Shown here: positions 1 through 40,056 of the stretch, in pieces
Position numbering within the stretch: the stretch's first letter is position 1
Layout: each line of letters begins with the position of its first letter
Assembly (NCBI RefSeq): GCF_009914755.1
Contig: NC_060941.1
Reading direction: 5' to 3' (one strand)
DNA: 64,000 bases
Origin: the human T2T-CHM13v2.0 reference genome, Homo sapiens
The notes under the pieces: generated by a model
Told to the model about the DNA's origin: nothing
What the model saw: the letters and a program-made list of their open reading frames with translations, nothing else
The model's database searches: none
Made by a program: the position numbers and the translations under genes

Positions 1-94
1 CATTAATAAATTTTCTTTCTGTACAATTTGAGAGTTAACTGCAGATTTCATAGCACTTCACCCCTAATTTCTTCTATACATCTCCTAAGAATAA

Positions 95-1884
<1,790 letters not shown>

Positions 1885-2033
1885 TGTATTAGATATTTTT
1901 AAGTCAGTTTCCTAAGACAATTAAATATTTCAGGTAGTTGGGACTTTTCTTTTTTTGGTTTGTTTTATTTTGCTTAATTTAACCATTTTAAATATGATTC
2001 TCTGGGAATTTTTTCTTCAAAATATAGAATATG

Positions 2034-2506
2034 TGTGCATTAGTTTGCTAGGCTTGCTGCAACAAAGTACCACAAACTGGGTGGCTTAGACAACAGAAAT
2101 TTATTATCTCATAGATCTGGAGACTAGAAGTTCTAGATCACGTTGTTAGAGTTGGTTTCTTCGACAACTGTGAGAAACCTTATGTTCCATGCCTCTCCCC
2201 TGGCTTCTGGTGGTTTGCTGGTCATCTTTGGCATACTTTGGCTTGTAGGTGCATCACCTGGATCTCTGCCTTCATGTTCACATGGTGTTCTACCTGTGTG
2301 CATATCTGTGGACAAATTTCCCCTTTTTATAAGGATACCAGGCATATTGGATTAGGGTTCCTCTCTACTCCAGTAGGACCTCATCTTCACTAATTACATC
2401 TGCAATAACCCTTTCCAAATAAGGTCACATTCTGAGGAACTAGAGGTTAGAGTTTCAACATACGAAATTTTCTGGGGGGTGGGTAAGGGACACGATTCAA
2501 TCCATA
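2034..2506. mobile_element. MaLR solo LTR (MLT1B/C-like)
   Basis: tgtgcattagtttgctagg...aaagtaccacaaactgggtggcttagacaacagaaatttatt...ggtcacattctgagg hallmark motifs. Confidence 0.8.
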
Positions 2507-3394
2507 ACAATATGTTTATGAGTAAATGAGTTAGTGTGTTATTGTCTTTCTGCCACCTCAGAATCTGAGAAAACAGTTTCTTTTTCCATTCCTTGGGCTG
2601 TAGGTGGAGAAGGAGGAGGATGATGATGGTGATTATTTTTTGGTCATGCCCCATAATGTGACCCACTTTAAAAAACAACAAACAATTGTAAGGAGGAGAA
2701 CTGTCATACACCTACTGCCCAGCTTAAAAATAATTAGATCATCTTCTTTAAACATAACTGTCATCCCATCATCACACCTAAGAAGTTGACAGTTTCCCCA
2801 GTTTTTTTTTCTCTTTTTTTTTTGAGATAGGGTCTTTCTCTGTTGCCCAGGCTGGAGTGCAGCGGCATGATAGTGGCTCATGGCAGCCTCATCTTCCCAG
2901 GCTCAAGGGATCCTCCCATATAGCTGGGACCACAGGGGTGCATCACCACATCCAATTTTTTGAATTTTTCTAGAGATGAGGTCTCCCTGTGTTGCCCCAC
3001 CTAATTTTTTTGTTGTTGTTGTTCCATTCTTTTTTTTTTTTCTCCTGTTTGTAAGGATTTAATCAAGGTCTGTATGTAGTTTGGTTACTATGTCTCTTAG
3101 GTCTCTTTTCGTTTATAGATTCCCCTCGTGATTTACTGAAGAAACGGGGTCATTTGTCCTGTAGAATTCTCAAATTTTGATTTTGCTGATATTATCCCCA
3201 GAGTGTCATTGACCATGTTCATCTGTTCCCCAAATTTCCAAAAACTGGTAGTTAAATTTAGGTGGTTGATCTGATTCAGATTACACTCTCAGTATCGCAT
3301 ATGCTTTGATCAGGAGGCATAATGTGTACTTGTGTGTGCGTATGTGTGTTTTTTTAGTGATGTTAGTGGTCACTGCCTGTGTCAGCATTTCACT

Positions 3395-3562
3395 ACCAGG
3401 GTAATTTGGCAATGTCTGGAGACACACTGATTGTCACAGCTTGGGAGAGGGAATGCTATAGGTACCTTCAGGGGTAAGAGTCAGCACAGCACAGCACAGC
3501 CCCCTAACGCAAAGTATTAATAGGCCTAAAATGTCAGTAGCCCTGAGGTTGAGAAACTCTGG
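3395..3562. mobile_element. MER20-like hAT-Charlie DNA transposon fragment
   Basis: atttggcaatgtctggagaca...aaaatgtcagtagccctgaggttgagaaactctg. Confidence 0.7.
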
Positions 3563-3864
3563 CCTACTTTTGTAGTTTCATCAGGTGTTTGTGAAATGGT
3601 TTTATTCTAACTGTTATTTCTTCTTTCTTTGTTAGCTGGAATTCTTTCATAAAGAGAAACTCTTTGATCAGTTAGTTACCCAAGGTACAGTTCATACAGA
3701 AAAGGCAGGATGTATGTTTGATTCTTTCCTAGTTTTCAAAATAATGAATTAGTTCCCTAGCATCTTCCAAAATTGACCAATGAACTTTGTGTGTGTTTTT
3801 TTCTTTTTTAGTATATTATGAACTTACACGTTTTAACATATTTGTGTTTCCTTTCATCGCAGTT

Positions 3865-8215
<4,351 letters not shown>

Positions 8216-8399
8216 ATTCCGCATACATAAGAAGAGAATATGCATTAAAAAAATCAGCAGAGCCTCACATTCCAGGATTTTCTACACAAGAAACCATTCC
8301 TAAAATATGTGCTTGGAATTACTAGGGTTTCTCTTGCAAACATTTTAATAACACCTCATTTGTTTTTTTTATTATAATATTTATTTAAGCAAAATTTCT

Positions 8400-8661
8400 T
8401 TTTTTTATTTTATTATTTTATTATTATTACACTTTAAGTTGTAGGGTACATGTGCACAATGTGCAGGTTAGTTACATATGTATACATGTGCCATGCTGGT
8501 GTGCTGCACCCATTAACTCGTCATTTAGCATTAGGTATATCTCCTAATGCTATCCCTCCCCCCTCCCCACACCCCGCAACAGTCCCCAGAGTGTGATGTT
8601 CCCCTTCCTGTGTCCATGTGTTCTCATTGTTCAATTCCCACCTATGAGTGAGAACATGCAG
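8400..8661 (-). mobile_element. 5'-truncated young L1 3' end (L1PA2/L1PA3-like)
   Basis: ggtacatgtgcacaatgtgcaggttagttacatatgtatacatgtgccatgctggtgtgctgcacccattaactcgtcatttagcattagg; TSD taacacctcatt at 8349-8360 and 8662-8673. Confidence 0.9.
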
Positions 8662-8799
8662 TAACACCTCATTCTTTAGGGGTGTGGTTATATGTGTCAT
8701 GTTATTAGATCTTTACAGCAACTCTCCTGGGTAAAGCGGTTATTACTAGGTCATTTTATAGAAGGAAAAATAACCAGTACTTTTTTTTGCTTTACTTCA

Positions 8800-13612
<4,813 letters not shown>

Positions 13613-14449
13613 TAGGATTTGCCTATTTGGACATTTCATATAAATGGAACCATACAATTTGTGATCTTTTGTGACTGGCTTTTTTCAAGTAACCTAATGT
13701 TTTCAAGGTTCATTCATGTTATAGCATGTGTCAGTACTTATTTCCTTTTTTTTTATGGCTCAATAATATTCTGTTGTAGGAATATAACACATTTCATTTA
13801 TCTGTTTATCACTTTTTTTTTTTTTTTTGAGATGGAGTCTCAGTCTGTCACTCAGGCTGGAGTACGGTGGTGTGATCTTGGCTCACTGCGGCCTCCGCCT
13901 CCTGGATTCAAGCCATTCACCTGCCTCAGCCTCCCAAGTAGCTGGGATTACAGGCACGTATACCATGTCCCGCTGATTTTTGTATTTTCAGTAGAGATCG
14001 GATTTCACTCTGTTGGCCAGGCTGGTCTCGAACTCCTGACCTCAAGCAATCCTCCCGCCTTGGCCTCCCAAAGTGTTGGGAGCCACCACACCCAGCTGTC
14101 TCCACTTTTTGACTATTATGAATAATGCTGCTATGAACATTCATGTGTAAGTTTTTGTGTGGACATATGTTTTCCTTTCCCTTGGGAATATGATGAAGCC
14201 TGGCATTGCCAGGTCATATGATAACTCTATGTTTAAGCTTTGGAGGAACTGCCAGACTATTTCCAAAGCAGTTCCAACTTCATTGCAAAGCATTTTACAT
14301 TCCCTCCAGCAACATATGAGTGTTTCAATTTTTCCACATTTTCTCCAACACTTGTTATTATGTGTCTGTTTATTATAGCCATTCTTGTGAGTGTGAAGTG
14401 GTATCTTAACATGGTTTGGATTTGCACTTCCCTGATGGCTAATGATGTT

Positions 14450-14818
14450 TCTATGGTTTGAATGTTGGAGTCCTCCAAAATTCATGTTATAACCTAAGAC
14501 CTAATGTGACGATGTTAAGAAGTGAGGCCTTCAAGGTGGTGATTAGGTCATGAGGGCTCTGCCCTCGTGAATGAAATTAATGCCCTTATAAAAAGGCTTC
14601 ACATAACATTTCTTCTTCTTTTTTCCTTTCTTCTCCTGCCATGTGAAGATGCCACTGCGAGAACGGGAACAATGGAACAGGCCCTCACCAAATGCCAAAT
14701 GTGCTATCACCTTGATTTTGGATTTCCCAGCCTCCGGAACTGTGAGGAATAAATTTTTTTACTTATAAATTACTTAGTCTCAGGTATTTTGTTACAGCAG
14801 CACAAACAGACTAAGACA
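14450..14818. mobile_element. MaLR solo LTR (MST/MLT1A-like)
   Basis: ctatggtttgaatg...ggtgattaggtcatgagggctctgccctc...aataaattt...gactaagaca. Confidence 0.8.
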
Positions 14819-15001
14819 GAAATTGAGTGTATTTTCTTGTGCTTATTGGCCATTTATTTTCTTTCTTTTATTTTTATTTATTTATTTATTTTTAGGTGGG
14901 GTTTTGCTCTGTTGCCCAGGCTGGAGTGCAGTGGTGCAATCTTAGCTCATTGCAACCTCTGCCTCCCGGGTTCGAGTGATTCTTGTGCCTCATCTGCCTG
15001 A

Positions 15002-15232
<231 letters not shown>

Positions 15233-15312
15233 TAAAATTGGGTTATATCCTTTTTATTATCAAGTTGTAAGAGTTCTTTATGTATTCTAGATCCAAGTCC
15301 ATTGTCAGATAC

Positions 15313-15895
<583 letters not shown>

Positions 15896-15899
15896 TATT

Positions 15900-16056
15900 T
15901 TGTTACATATATATCTATATATTTATAAATATATATTTATATATAGCTATATATCTATGTATCTATGTATCTATAAATATATGTTTATATATCTATATTA
16001 ATCTATATCTATATATGAATATATAGGTAGATAGATAAATATATACATATATATAT
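15900..16056. repeat. (TA)n-rich low-complexity tract
   Basis: atatatctatatatttataaatatat... Confidence 0.85.
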
Positions 16057-20780
<4,724 letters not shown>

Positions 20781-21364
20781 TAATTTTTAAAAGTTTAAAA
20801 ATATAGCATTTCATTTTAAAAAGTGCCTAGAAAAGCAGAAGATTTTAAAACATATAAATGTCACTTGCATCACTAAATACCCCCTTAACCTTCAAACAGT
20901 CTCTACTCCAATAACACACATAACAAATAAACCCTAGGCCCTTACAGCAATTGGGTTAAGAAAGGTTAAATTTCAGAATTCATAAAGATAGGAGGCATTT
21001 CTCATTCTTATGGTAGAGACTACATGCTGTCGTCTGTGTACATGCTTACAATAATAAAGGCCAACCTTTTATTAATGTTTGCTAATAAATATCCTCCTGA
21101 TTTTCCATTCCAGCTAAGATTTGATAATATAATTGACTCTTCTGTGTTTTCATCACAAGCAGCACTGTTACAGATATCATTTCCTCTTAATTTATCCACA
21201 GGCTGTGTGAATAATTTAGAAAATTATTTTCGAAGGACTCTATCTAGGGAAGTCTTTTGGGTTTTAGAGTAGGGTTCTTTCTGGTTTTCTGCAGCTGTGG
21301 GGTCACTCCATCAGAATTTCATGGTTATATCCTTTGCGCAATCTGTAACATTGTTTAAGTTCAA

Positions 21365-22425
21365 AGCTACATACATTATTTCATCAAAATTAGAAACTTT
21401 TGGGCATTAAAAGATCCTATCAAGACCATGAAAGACAATCTACAGATATTAATATATCTGTAACCCACAGAAGTATTTGGGAGAAAATATTTGTAAATCA
21501 TATATCTGATGTGAGAATAATATCCAGAATGTATAAAGAACTACAGAACTACAACTCAACAACAAAAAAGCGCACATCTCAATTCAAAAATGGGCAAAGG
21601 ATTGAACAGACATTTCTCCAAAAAAGACATACAAATGACCAATAGCACATAAAAAAATGCTCATTAGCACTAGCCATTAGGAAGCTAAAAATCAAAATGA
21701 CAATACTATGTCACACCCATTAGGATGGTTATTAATTGAAAGAAAACAGAAAATAACAAGTATTGGGTAGATATGGAGAAAATGGAAGGAGCACTTGTGC
21801 ATTGCTGGTAGAAATATAAAATGGTACAGAAGCCGTGGAAACCAGGTTAGCTGTTCCTTAAAAGGTTAAATATAGAATTACCATATGACCCAGCAATTCC
21901 ATTCCTAGGTTTATATCCAAAAGAAGTGAAAGCAGGACTCAGATAGATATTTGCACACCAGTGTTCACAGCAACATTATTCACAATAGCCAAAAGGTGGA
22001 AACAACCCAAATATGTCCCATCAACAGATGGATGTATAAACAAGATGTAGTATATACAAATTATTCAGTCAAAAAAAGAAATTAAATTCTGCTATGTACT
22101 ACAACATGGATAAACCTTGAAAACATTATCCTAAGTGAAATAAGAAAGGTCAAATATTGTTTGATTCTATTTCCATGAAGTGTCTAGAATAGGCAAATTC
22201 ATAAAAAGAGAAAGTAGAATAGAGGTTACCAGGGGCTGGGGAAGAAAAGGGATAGAGAATTTCTGTTTGGGATGATGAACAAGTTCTGGAAATGGACAGT
22301 GGTGATGGTTATACAATATTGTGAATGTACTTCATGCCACTAATTGTACACTTTTTAAAATAGTTCAAATGGTAAATGGTATGTTTTATATATATATATA
22401 TATATAACCACAATAAAAATAAAAT
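21365..22425 (+). mobile_element. L1MB-like 3' end (ORF2 tail and 3' UTR)
   Basis: ggagaaaatatttgtaaatcatatatctg..., ccatatgacccagcaattccattcctagg..., gttctggaaatggacagtggtgatggtt. Confidence 0.8.
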
Positions 22426-23685
22426 AAATTGCCAAAGCCAGGAGAAGGTGGGGGAGAGCTATGTACATACCCGAGTTTGTGAAGATCAGACAAAGATTCA
22501 CATGAACTATTTTGAAAGTCTTTTACAATAATCCTAGTAAGACATAGCTGAAAACATAATACTGATCATGACTAAGCCATAATCCTATTACAGTGGAAAT
22601 CATAATTTAGTACAATTTTTTGCTTTCTCAAAGATATGAGAAAAGCTGCATACATGTATTTATATACCAGAAAAATATACCTTTTAGTAAGGGTTTTACA
22701 GCAATGCAAATGTCAAAGTAGCACTGGCCTAAATTGAGGCAAATAGTTTTTTAACTAGTAGGCGATAACTGTGAAGGACTTAGTAAATGTGAAAACTTTG
22801 AAAAGCTGAAAAATCCACCTCTAGTATTTTGACTTCACTGACATAGGGAAATGCACAAACATCTACTACATTCCAGATTTAGGGACTCAGGATACTAAGA
22901 TAAACAGAAAAAGTCTACCCTTTCAAAAGTTTAGCTTATCTCTGCCAGGATCACAAGAGGCACTAGTGAAGAACAGACATTTTGGGGGCATTTTCAAATT
23001 CTCAAACTGACACAAATACATGAGATGCGCAAAAGTCTTCTAAATTACAGTGTAACCTACAATTGTCTATCTTCTAATAAATTCTTCTAACACATAGAGA
23101 ACTTCTGTGTAGTGCAGTTTTCTGAGACCTGTAATTATAAACTTCAGTTACATTGCTATAAACTTCCAAATTGGGAGTTTGAAATATGAGCCACATGTTA
23201 CTTAACGTTCAGAAGACGTATAAATGAGAGCAAAAGGTTATGGCTTAACAGAAAACTAAATAAGAAATAACTATTGATTTTTAAATAGCAACATATCACA
23301 ATCATAGACACACCAATGACTGTAACCATATGGTTCTTCTCTCAATCATCAAGCATATGCTAAATTTGTACTTAAAACGGTCCAATGTGACTTTAAAAAA
23401 AGGTTACTCTTCAAGCAGCTTTCAATCTAGTTGGGAGAGTAAATTACTACACATAAAACGTGTTATTTATGTACATATATATGTAAAAATACTCAAATAC
23501 AAAGGATCCAAATGTAAGAATTCAAAGGAGATAAGTTAGTTCAGGAAAGCTCCAAAGAAGGTAAGATTTAGGCAAAGTCCAGAAGGATAGACAGAATTGA
23601 ATGGAAATGAACCCTTCATAATCTAACTTCATCTTGCCTTTCCAACACATTGTACAATACAAAATTATTAGAATAGATAAAAGCA

Positions 23686-23734
23686 GTCTATGGCCATACC
23701 AACCTGAACATGCCGATCTCATCTGATCTCAGAA
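23686..23734 (+). pseudogene. 5S rRNA pseudogene fragment (5' ~49 nt)
   Basis: gtctatggccataccaacctgaacatgccgatctcatctgatctcagaa versus 5S GTCTACGGCCATACCACCCTGAACGCGCCCGATCTCGTCTGATCTCGGAA; differences are mostly CpG decay; an A-rich tract follows. Confidence 0.9.
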
Positions 23735-23747
23735 TAAAAACAAATTA

Positions 23748-24961
<1,214 letters not shown>

Positions 24962-27900
24962 CTATTTGCCTCCTACTCCTCCAATTCGTTCTTTATATTT
25001 CCCATAGAATAATCTTTGAAATGCACCTCTAGTCATTTTACTCAGGTGCTCTTCTTCAGTGGAAGGTACGTATGCCCTATGGTTTGAAGTCAGTCATTTC
25101 AGCATGGCAAGCCCTAGTAGTTTCTATGATTTGGTCCCTGTCTGAACACTGTGTACCCTTGCAACTGTTGCTTTCTAGATCTTGAAATGTTCTGCTTCTC
25201 CACAGGTTCCCCCTCTTATCTCTCCTATTACTTACATAAACTGCACAAATCTTACTATATAGCTTGACTGAATTTTTAGGGATGCATCCAAGGAATTATC
25301 CTGCAAAATTAAGATACAGAACATTTCCAGCACCCCAGTAGGCTCTCTTCTGTTCTCTCCCAGTCAACACTGACCCTCAGAGGTCACCACTATTCTGTCA
25401 CCATAAATTAGTTTTGCCTATTTTGGAACCTCATATATACAGTAATGCAGTATTTACTTTTTTCGTGTGTATGTGTGCATGGTGAACTCATTTTTAAGAC
25501 CAAATTTTATGCATCTTCTCTGTGAAGCAAAACCCTGTCTGTTCCACACAGACTTAGAGTGGCAGAGGAGTACCTTAACCTATCAAAGGCTATTTTGAGC
25601 AAAAGCCACTTTGTGTCATTGAAGCTGTAGAACTGAGCCACAAGAGGGAACTGTTAAAGTCCCAGGGTCAAGGACCAGGTACCTACGTTATCCCCACAGC
25701 ACAGAAGCACAGCCTGAGTCTCTTCTTTGGCTGAGCCAAGGGCGTGCTGGAGAGGCCTGAGAGAAGGAGCGGCCCTTGTGACCAGTGCCCTTTTGGTTCA
25801 CAAGGAACGTCTCCTCTTGTTGAAGTGACTTGGCTGAGCTTGCTCCTTCTGCTTTCAGAGCCCAATATCAGGATCAAGACTTCAATTATCCCCAATTTAC
25901 AGATGATGAAACCATATTGGGCAGGAAAGAAAGTCACCCCAGGAGAGCGAGTTGGACCCGGGCACTGGCTGAGGACAAAGGGGAATGATAATTTGGGATG
26001 TAGCTTGTTAAGGGGTCTCACAAGTGTTCTTGTGATCCAGGTGGCGAGAGGATAGAGCAGAAAGGTTGCCAGGGAGACGAGGGTAGGGTGCACTGCGAGA
26101 GTGGGAGAAATTAAAGAGAACACGCAACAAAGCCTTGGGACACTGGGAGGGGGATGGACCACCCAGTTTTGTGCTATGGGAGAAGAGAGCAAGAAAAGGA
26201 ATCTGTGTTAAATCCCGACAGCCTGCAGGAGAAGCAAATGCCCTTCATTTTCTTCATCAGCAGCGAGACTGGCATCCCTGTAGCTTTGAGAAACCATGCT
26301 AGTGTAGATGCCAGCTCCCTCCAGCGGGCCTGACTGGGAGAACTTGGGCTGGGGTTCTGGTCTGGGGCTCCTAGGCCTGATGGGAAGAGAGTTCAGCCCA
26401 GCTTTCCTGTACTTCAGCTCGTATGCAGACGATGGCCATTGTTGAAATGAGAGACTCAAAGGAAGCTGGAACCTGAACTTTTTTGTTGTCTCGTGGACAC
26501 CTGTGTTCAGTTTCGGGTTCTACCTCTTGCTGTCTGTGTGTTCTTAGGTGACTCACTTAAACCTTTCTGAGTCTCATTGTCTTCATTTATAAAATAAAAG
26601 ACGTAACATTGATGTCAGATATTGTCCTGAGCATTAAATGGGAGAATAAGCAAGCCTCTTCTGCATTCCCCTGGCTTCCAGTGGGTGGAGGCCAGAGAAG
26701 CTGCTAAACATCCTGCCAGGTGCAGGACAGCCCCCATCGCAAAGAATTGTCTGGCCCCTGATGTCAGTAATGCAGTATTGAGGATCCTTGGTGTGGGGGA
26801 AACAGAATAAACTCAGAAGCTTGGCAGATCTCAATTCAAACCCCGGTTGTACGGCCTCCAGCAGGCCTTGGTCAGGGAATAGTATCTAGCTAAAGTTCAT
26901 TGACTTCATTTTGTTTTCATTGAATTTATGTTTTGCTGGCTTTCCATTTATGAGAGTGATACAAATTTCCTTTAAACATGAAGTTGTAAATATAAACAGG
27001 TAGGCCATTCACAGGAATGTCTAAATTATGTCACAGGAAAGGTGGCACTCTCATATGGCAATAATTATGACAGGGGCCGGCAAATGACCTGCGTGACCCG
27101 GAGTGGCCTGAGCACTGACTCCCAAATGCCCTCCATAGGATGTTCTGCATCCCCGAGACCCTTTCCTGGGTCCTCCTGGGCCCTACCACCCCCTAGACCA
27201 TCCAGACCTCAGGTCATCCCCCTGTCTGTTGACAGAGTAGTCTCCGTTCCTGAATGTGCTGGTCACCAGCAACAGCAGCTGCTCCTCCTCCGGGAAGCTC
27301 AGCCTATACTTCTACATGCAGAGAACCTGGACGGCACCCAGGTGGACCTAAGCCTTCAGCTCCCAGTAGACGCTCTGGGTTTCCTACCCTGCCCAGACAC
27401 TCTGGGCTTCCCCCCACACCTCCCCTCGGCCGGGGCTCCTGTGTGCCTCTGTCTCTCCCAGTGCCCAGCACAGGCGTGGAACGGAAGAGGTGAATGGACC
27501 GATTTGAACACATCATCCTGGATTCTCCGTTCCCTCTCAAGCCCTGCAGCTAACCCATCGGCAAGCCCTGGAGGCTCTGCCTCCAAAATCCTGCCTATCC
27601 CATGTGCAAACGCCTCTCACCATGTCCACTGCTATTTGCAGTTGTGTGTGTGTGGAAATACTTGCACAAATTTGGAATGAACAGGTCACAGCTGTGCCTG
27701 GAGGGAATGGCCAGGGAAATGTGCCCTCGCCTTGCTGTTCTATCCTGGCCCACCCAGCTGAGGATGGGGGACCTGCCACCACTCTCCTGGCAGTTCCGGA
27801 CTCCTGGGAACCGGCAGGTGAGGACCCAAGAGTGTTTTCAGTGACCCGGCTGACCTGGTCATCCGTCAGTCCCACCTTGGCCTAGGCCTCTATACAGCAC

Positions 27901-28694
27901 AGATCACAGCTCATTCCATCCTGGCATTACACTGGCCTGTGCCCTGTCCTCAGGGTCACATCCGTCTCCCAGAAGCCGTGCAACCCTGGAAAACCCAGGT
28001 CTAACAGTCAGGTTCCTCCTCCGTGCATTAACAATGGCGTTGACGCCTGCTTTGCGGCACGCTGGGAGGGGAGAGGGAGGTGTATGCTGGAGAGCTCCCC
28101 AGGGGCAAGGCCTGGCTCTGCGTCACCCACTGTCAGATCCTGAGAGCCTGGGGCTGGCCCAGCACGTGGCCACCGTTCCCTAAGAGTTGGATTTCATCCC
28201 TCAGTGCTGAAGGCAGGGGATAGAGCTTAGACAGACCCCCTGCGTCCTGTCTTCTTTATCTAAAGCTTTCTCATCCTTGCCCCTTTCACGTGCACCCGGC
28301 AGAGCAGGTGTTCACTGAGCTTGAGCAAAATTCAAGCTAGAGCAGCTGATGGATCTTGAGGCCTAGATTCACTGTCAAAGTGTTTCTCAAACGGTGCTCT
28401 CCAGAACACCAAGGAAAACTCATTGACTGTGTAAGTCTGAAAATCCCTGCCCACCGGTCTACCTTTGTGTATGAGCAATCAGCTCTACCATTCAGCCCAG
28501 GTGTGTGTTTGCTGGACCATGTGGAGGAAGCTGAAGAGACGTGAGCTGAAGGCAGAGGGTGAGTCCAAGGTGGGATCTTGGGACAGGTACGAGAAGTTAG
28601 GCAAAAATGGGATAATTCTAGCCTTCATAACCTTAGATAATAGTTCACATTATTATTTAGTTAATAGAACTGTACCCACATTAAATTTCTTAAA

Positions 28695-28993
<299 letters not shown>

Positions 28994-29123
28994 TAAATTT
29001 CTTATGTGCCATGGGACTGCAAAACATCATTATTAGGGGCAGCTGGATGGAAGGTATAGGAGGATACTATAGTGCCTTTTCAATATTTCTGTCTAAAATC
29101 TAAAATCATTTCAACAGGAAACA

Positions 29124-29129
29124 TTTATT
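29124..29129 (-). terminator. Polyadenylation signal (AATAAA) of TBC1D3 copy A
   Basis: tttatt on the + strand, ~290 nt downstream of the stop codon and the first AATAAA seen in the 3' UTR. Confidence 0.75.
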
Positions 29130-29420
29130 TCAAAACATGAAGGTGGTTATCCTTCCATGAGTTTGAAGTACAAAGGCAGGCTCACGGTGTCGTCAGAATT
29201 CAGAACGATGGTCGTGGGGCTGGGGGTGCTGGGAGGGGCTGGGCATGGTTGGCTTTGTGATCTGGGGTCTGGTGTGTTCCATCTCTGAATCTCTCTCGAG
29301 CTGCACTCTTTCTTAATACATTTTCATAAGTTTAACCAAAAATAAAACGAGGATGCGAAGCTTGCTTGGGTTGTTAAGCCTAGGGAAATTATCCAGCCAT
29401 GAGCCCTGGCCCAGATGCTT

Positions 29421-38476
<9,056 letters not shown>

Positions 38477-39905
38477 CCTGTGAGACAGAATTGTCTAAAG
38501 GTCACACTGTACGCGGCGGCTTCGGAGAACACCTGAACCGCTCTCGCCGGGCTCCCAGATGCTGGCTGGCTGCGTAACCCCCATTCCACCGCCGCCCCCA
38601 GGGAAAAAGGGGCCAGACCCAGTGGCCCACAGCTGCTCCAGTCTCTGGAGTCTCAAGTCCCAAGCAGGGGTGGGCGTCTTCCCAAGGACTTGAGTACAGT
38701 GGGACCTAGACAGAGAATCCTGTTGTCCCCCAATGCCATGAAATGGGGACACACCGGCCCCAGCAGGTTGAATGGTTTCCACCTGCCAAGGGTGAAGGGC
38801 CCATGATGGGCTATTCCAGGGATGTGGAGGCAGACTGGGGTCAGCGACCAGAGGTCTCTGTGCAATCGGCCTCCTGGGATGCTCAGGGCCTCAGCGATGC
38901 CCAGTTTCCTACAGGGAACAAGATCTCTCCCGACTGCTCGGTTCTACTCCGCTCATCACTTTGGCTACCGTGGCTCTTCAGTCTGAACAGTGAAGCCACT
39001 TTAGGAATAACGCCTGTTGAGCAGGAGGGTGTTGGGTTTGGGGGATGAGAAAGATCTATTGTACGCATGGAAACCACGTCTCTCGCGGAGGGACTGTGGA
39101 GTCCACCATTCTGAGCCATCCCAACAGGAGGAGGCTTCATTTTCCTGGGTCACTGAGGAAGAACAGTGGGTCCTTGGTCCTGGAGAACAGCTGGATGGAC
39201 CGTCCCTCCTGGGAATACTCGAGGCAAAAGGAGGGCGAGGCCTCAAGAGGACCACGCAGAGCAAGAAATACCTGGGGAGAACCCTAGTGCCCGGACCCCT
39301 TTGAACACAAGGGAAGATAGTCTCCCCTCAGCCAGCCCTCCAGGGCTCCTTCATTTTCCACAGCTGCCCAAGGGCAGCAGGCTCCCCCGGACAAGGGACC
39401 ATGTGTGTTCAGTGGGGCCCACAGCGACCATCAGGACCCAGCTTAGGGCACAGAGGTGTTCTGAGGACCGTCAGTGGATCTGTACCAGTGGCTCTATACC
39501 AGTGGCTCTGCCAGGACCAGGCTCTGCCCCATCGGGATGGGAAACCTGGGCAGATTTGGGATCTAGGGCAGGGAGGTCACAGGGTTCAGGCCTGAATTCC
39601 AGCACAGCACACGGCAGGGCTGAGAGCAAAACTCAGGGTCATGTCCGGATTCCCAGGCCGGTTACTGCCTCTCTGACCCCAGACGTCTCATCTGTCGAAT
39701 GGGGACATTTGGGAACAGCACCCACTCTACGAAGCCACCATGGAGACGAAAGAGCCAATCGTCTACACGGGCAGTGTAGAACGGGCGCCTGGTGAGTGCT
39801 CAGGGATGACCCTCCTCGGTAGCTGCCCCACAGAGGCCAACACCGCCCGCACCGTAGCCACTGCCCCCAAGTCCGCCTGGAGGGAAGAGAGCAGGTCACG
39901 CTCAC

Positions 39906-40056
39906 CTGATTCTGATGAATCAGCTGGCCTGGGTCATGCCTCTCAGGGAGAAAACCTTTGAGTCCACAGAGCTGCTCACAGATACCACTGCCTGTGTGTA
40001 ACTGCTGTAGACCACTGACGCAGGCCAGAGAGCAGATAGGTGCTAAGCACCAGTGA
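39906..40056 (-). other. TBC1D3: TBC1D3 copy A 5' non-coding exon (5' boundary approximate)
   Basis: Ends at a strong CAG|gtgagc donor; matches my recollection of the TBC1D3 mRNA leader ...ctgattcatcagaatcag|gATG. Confidence 0.7.
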
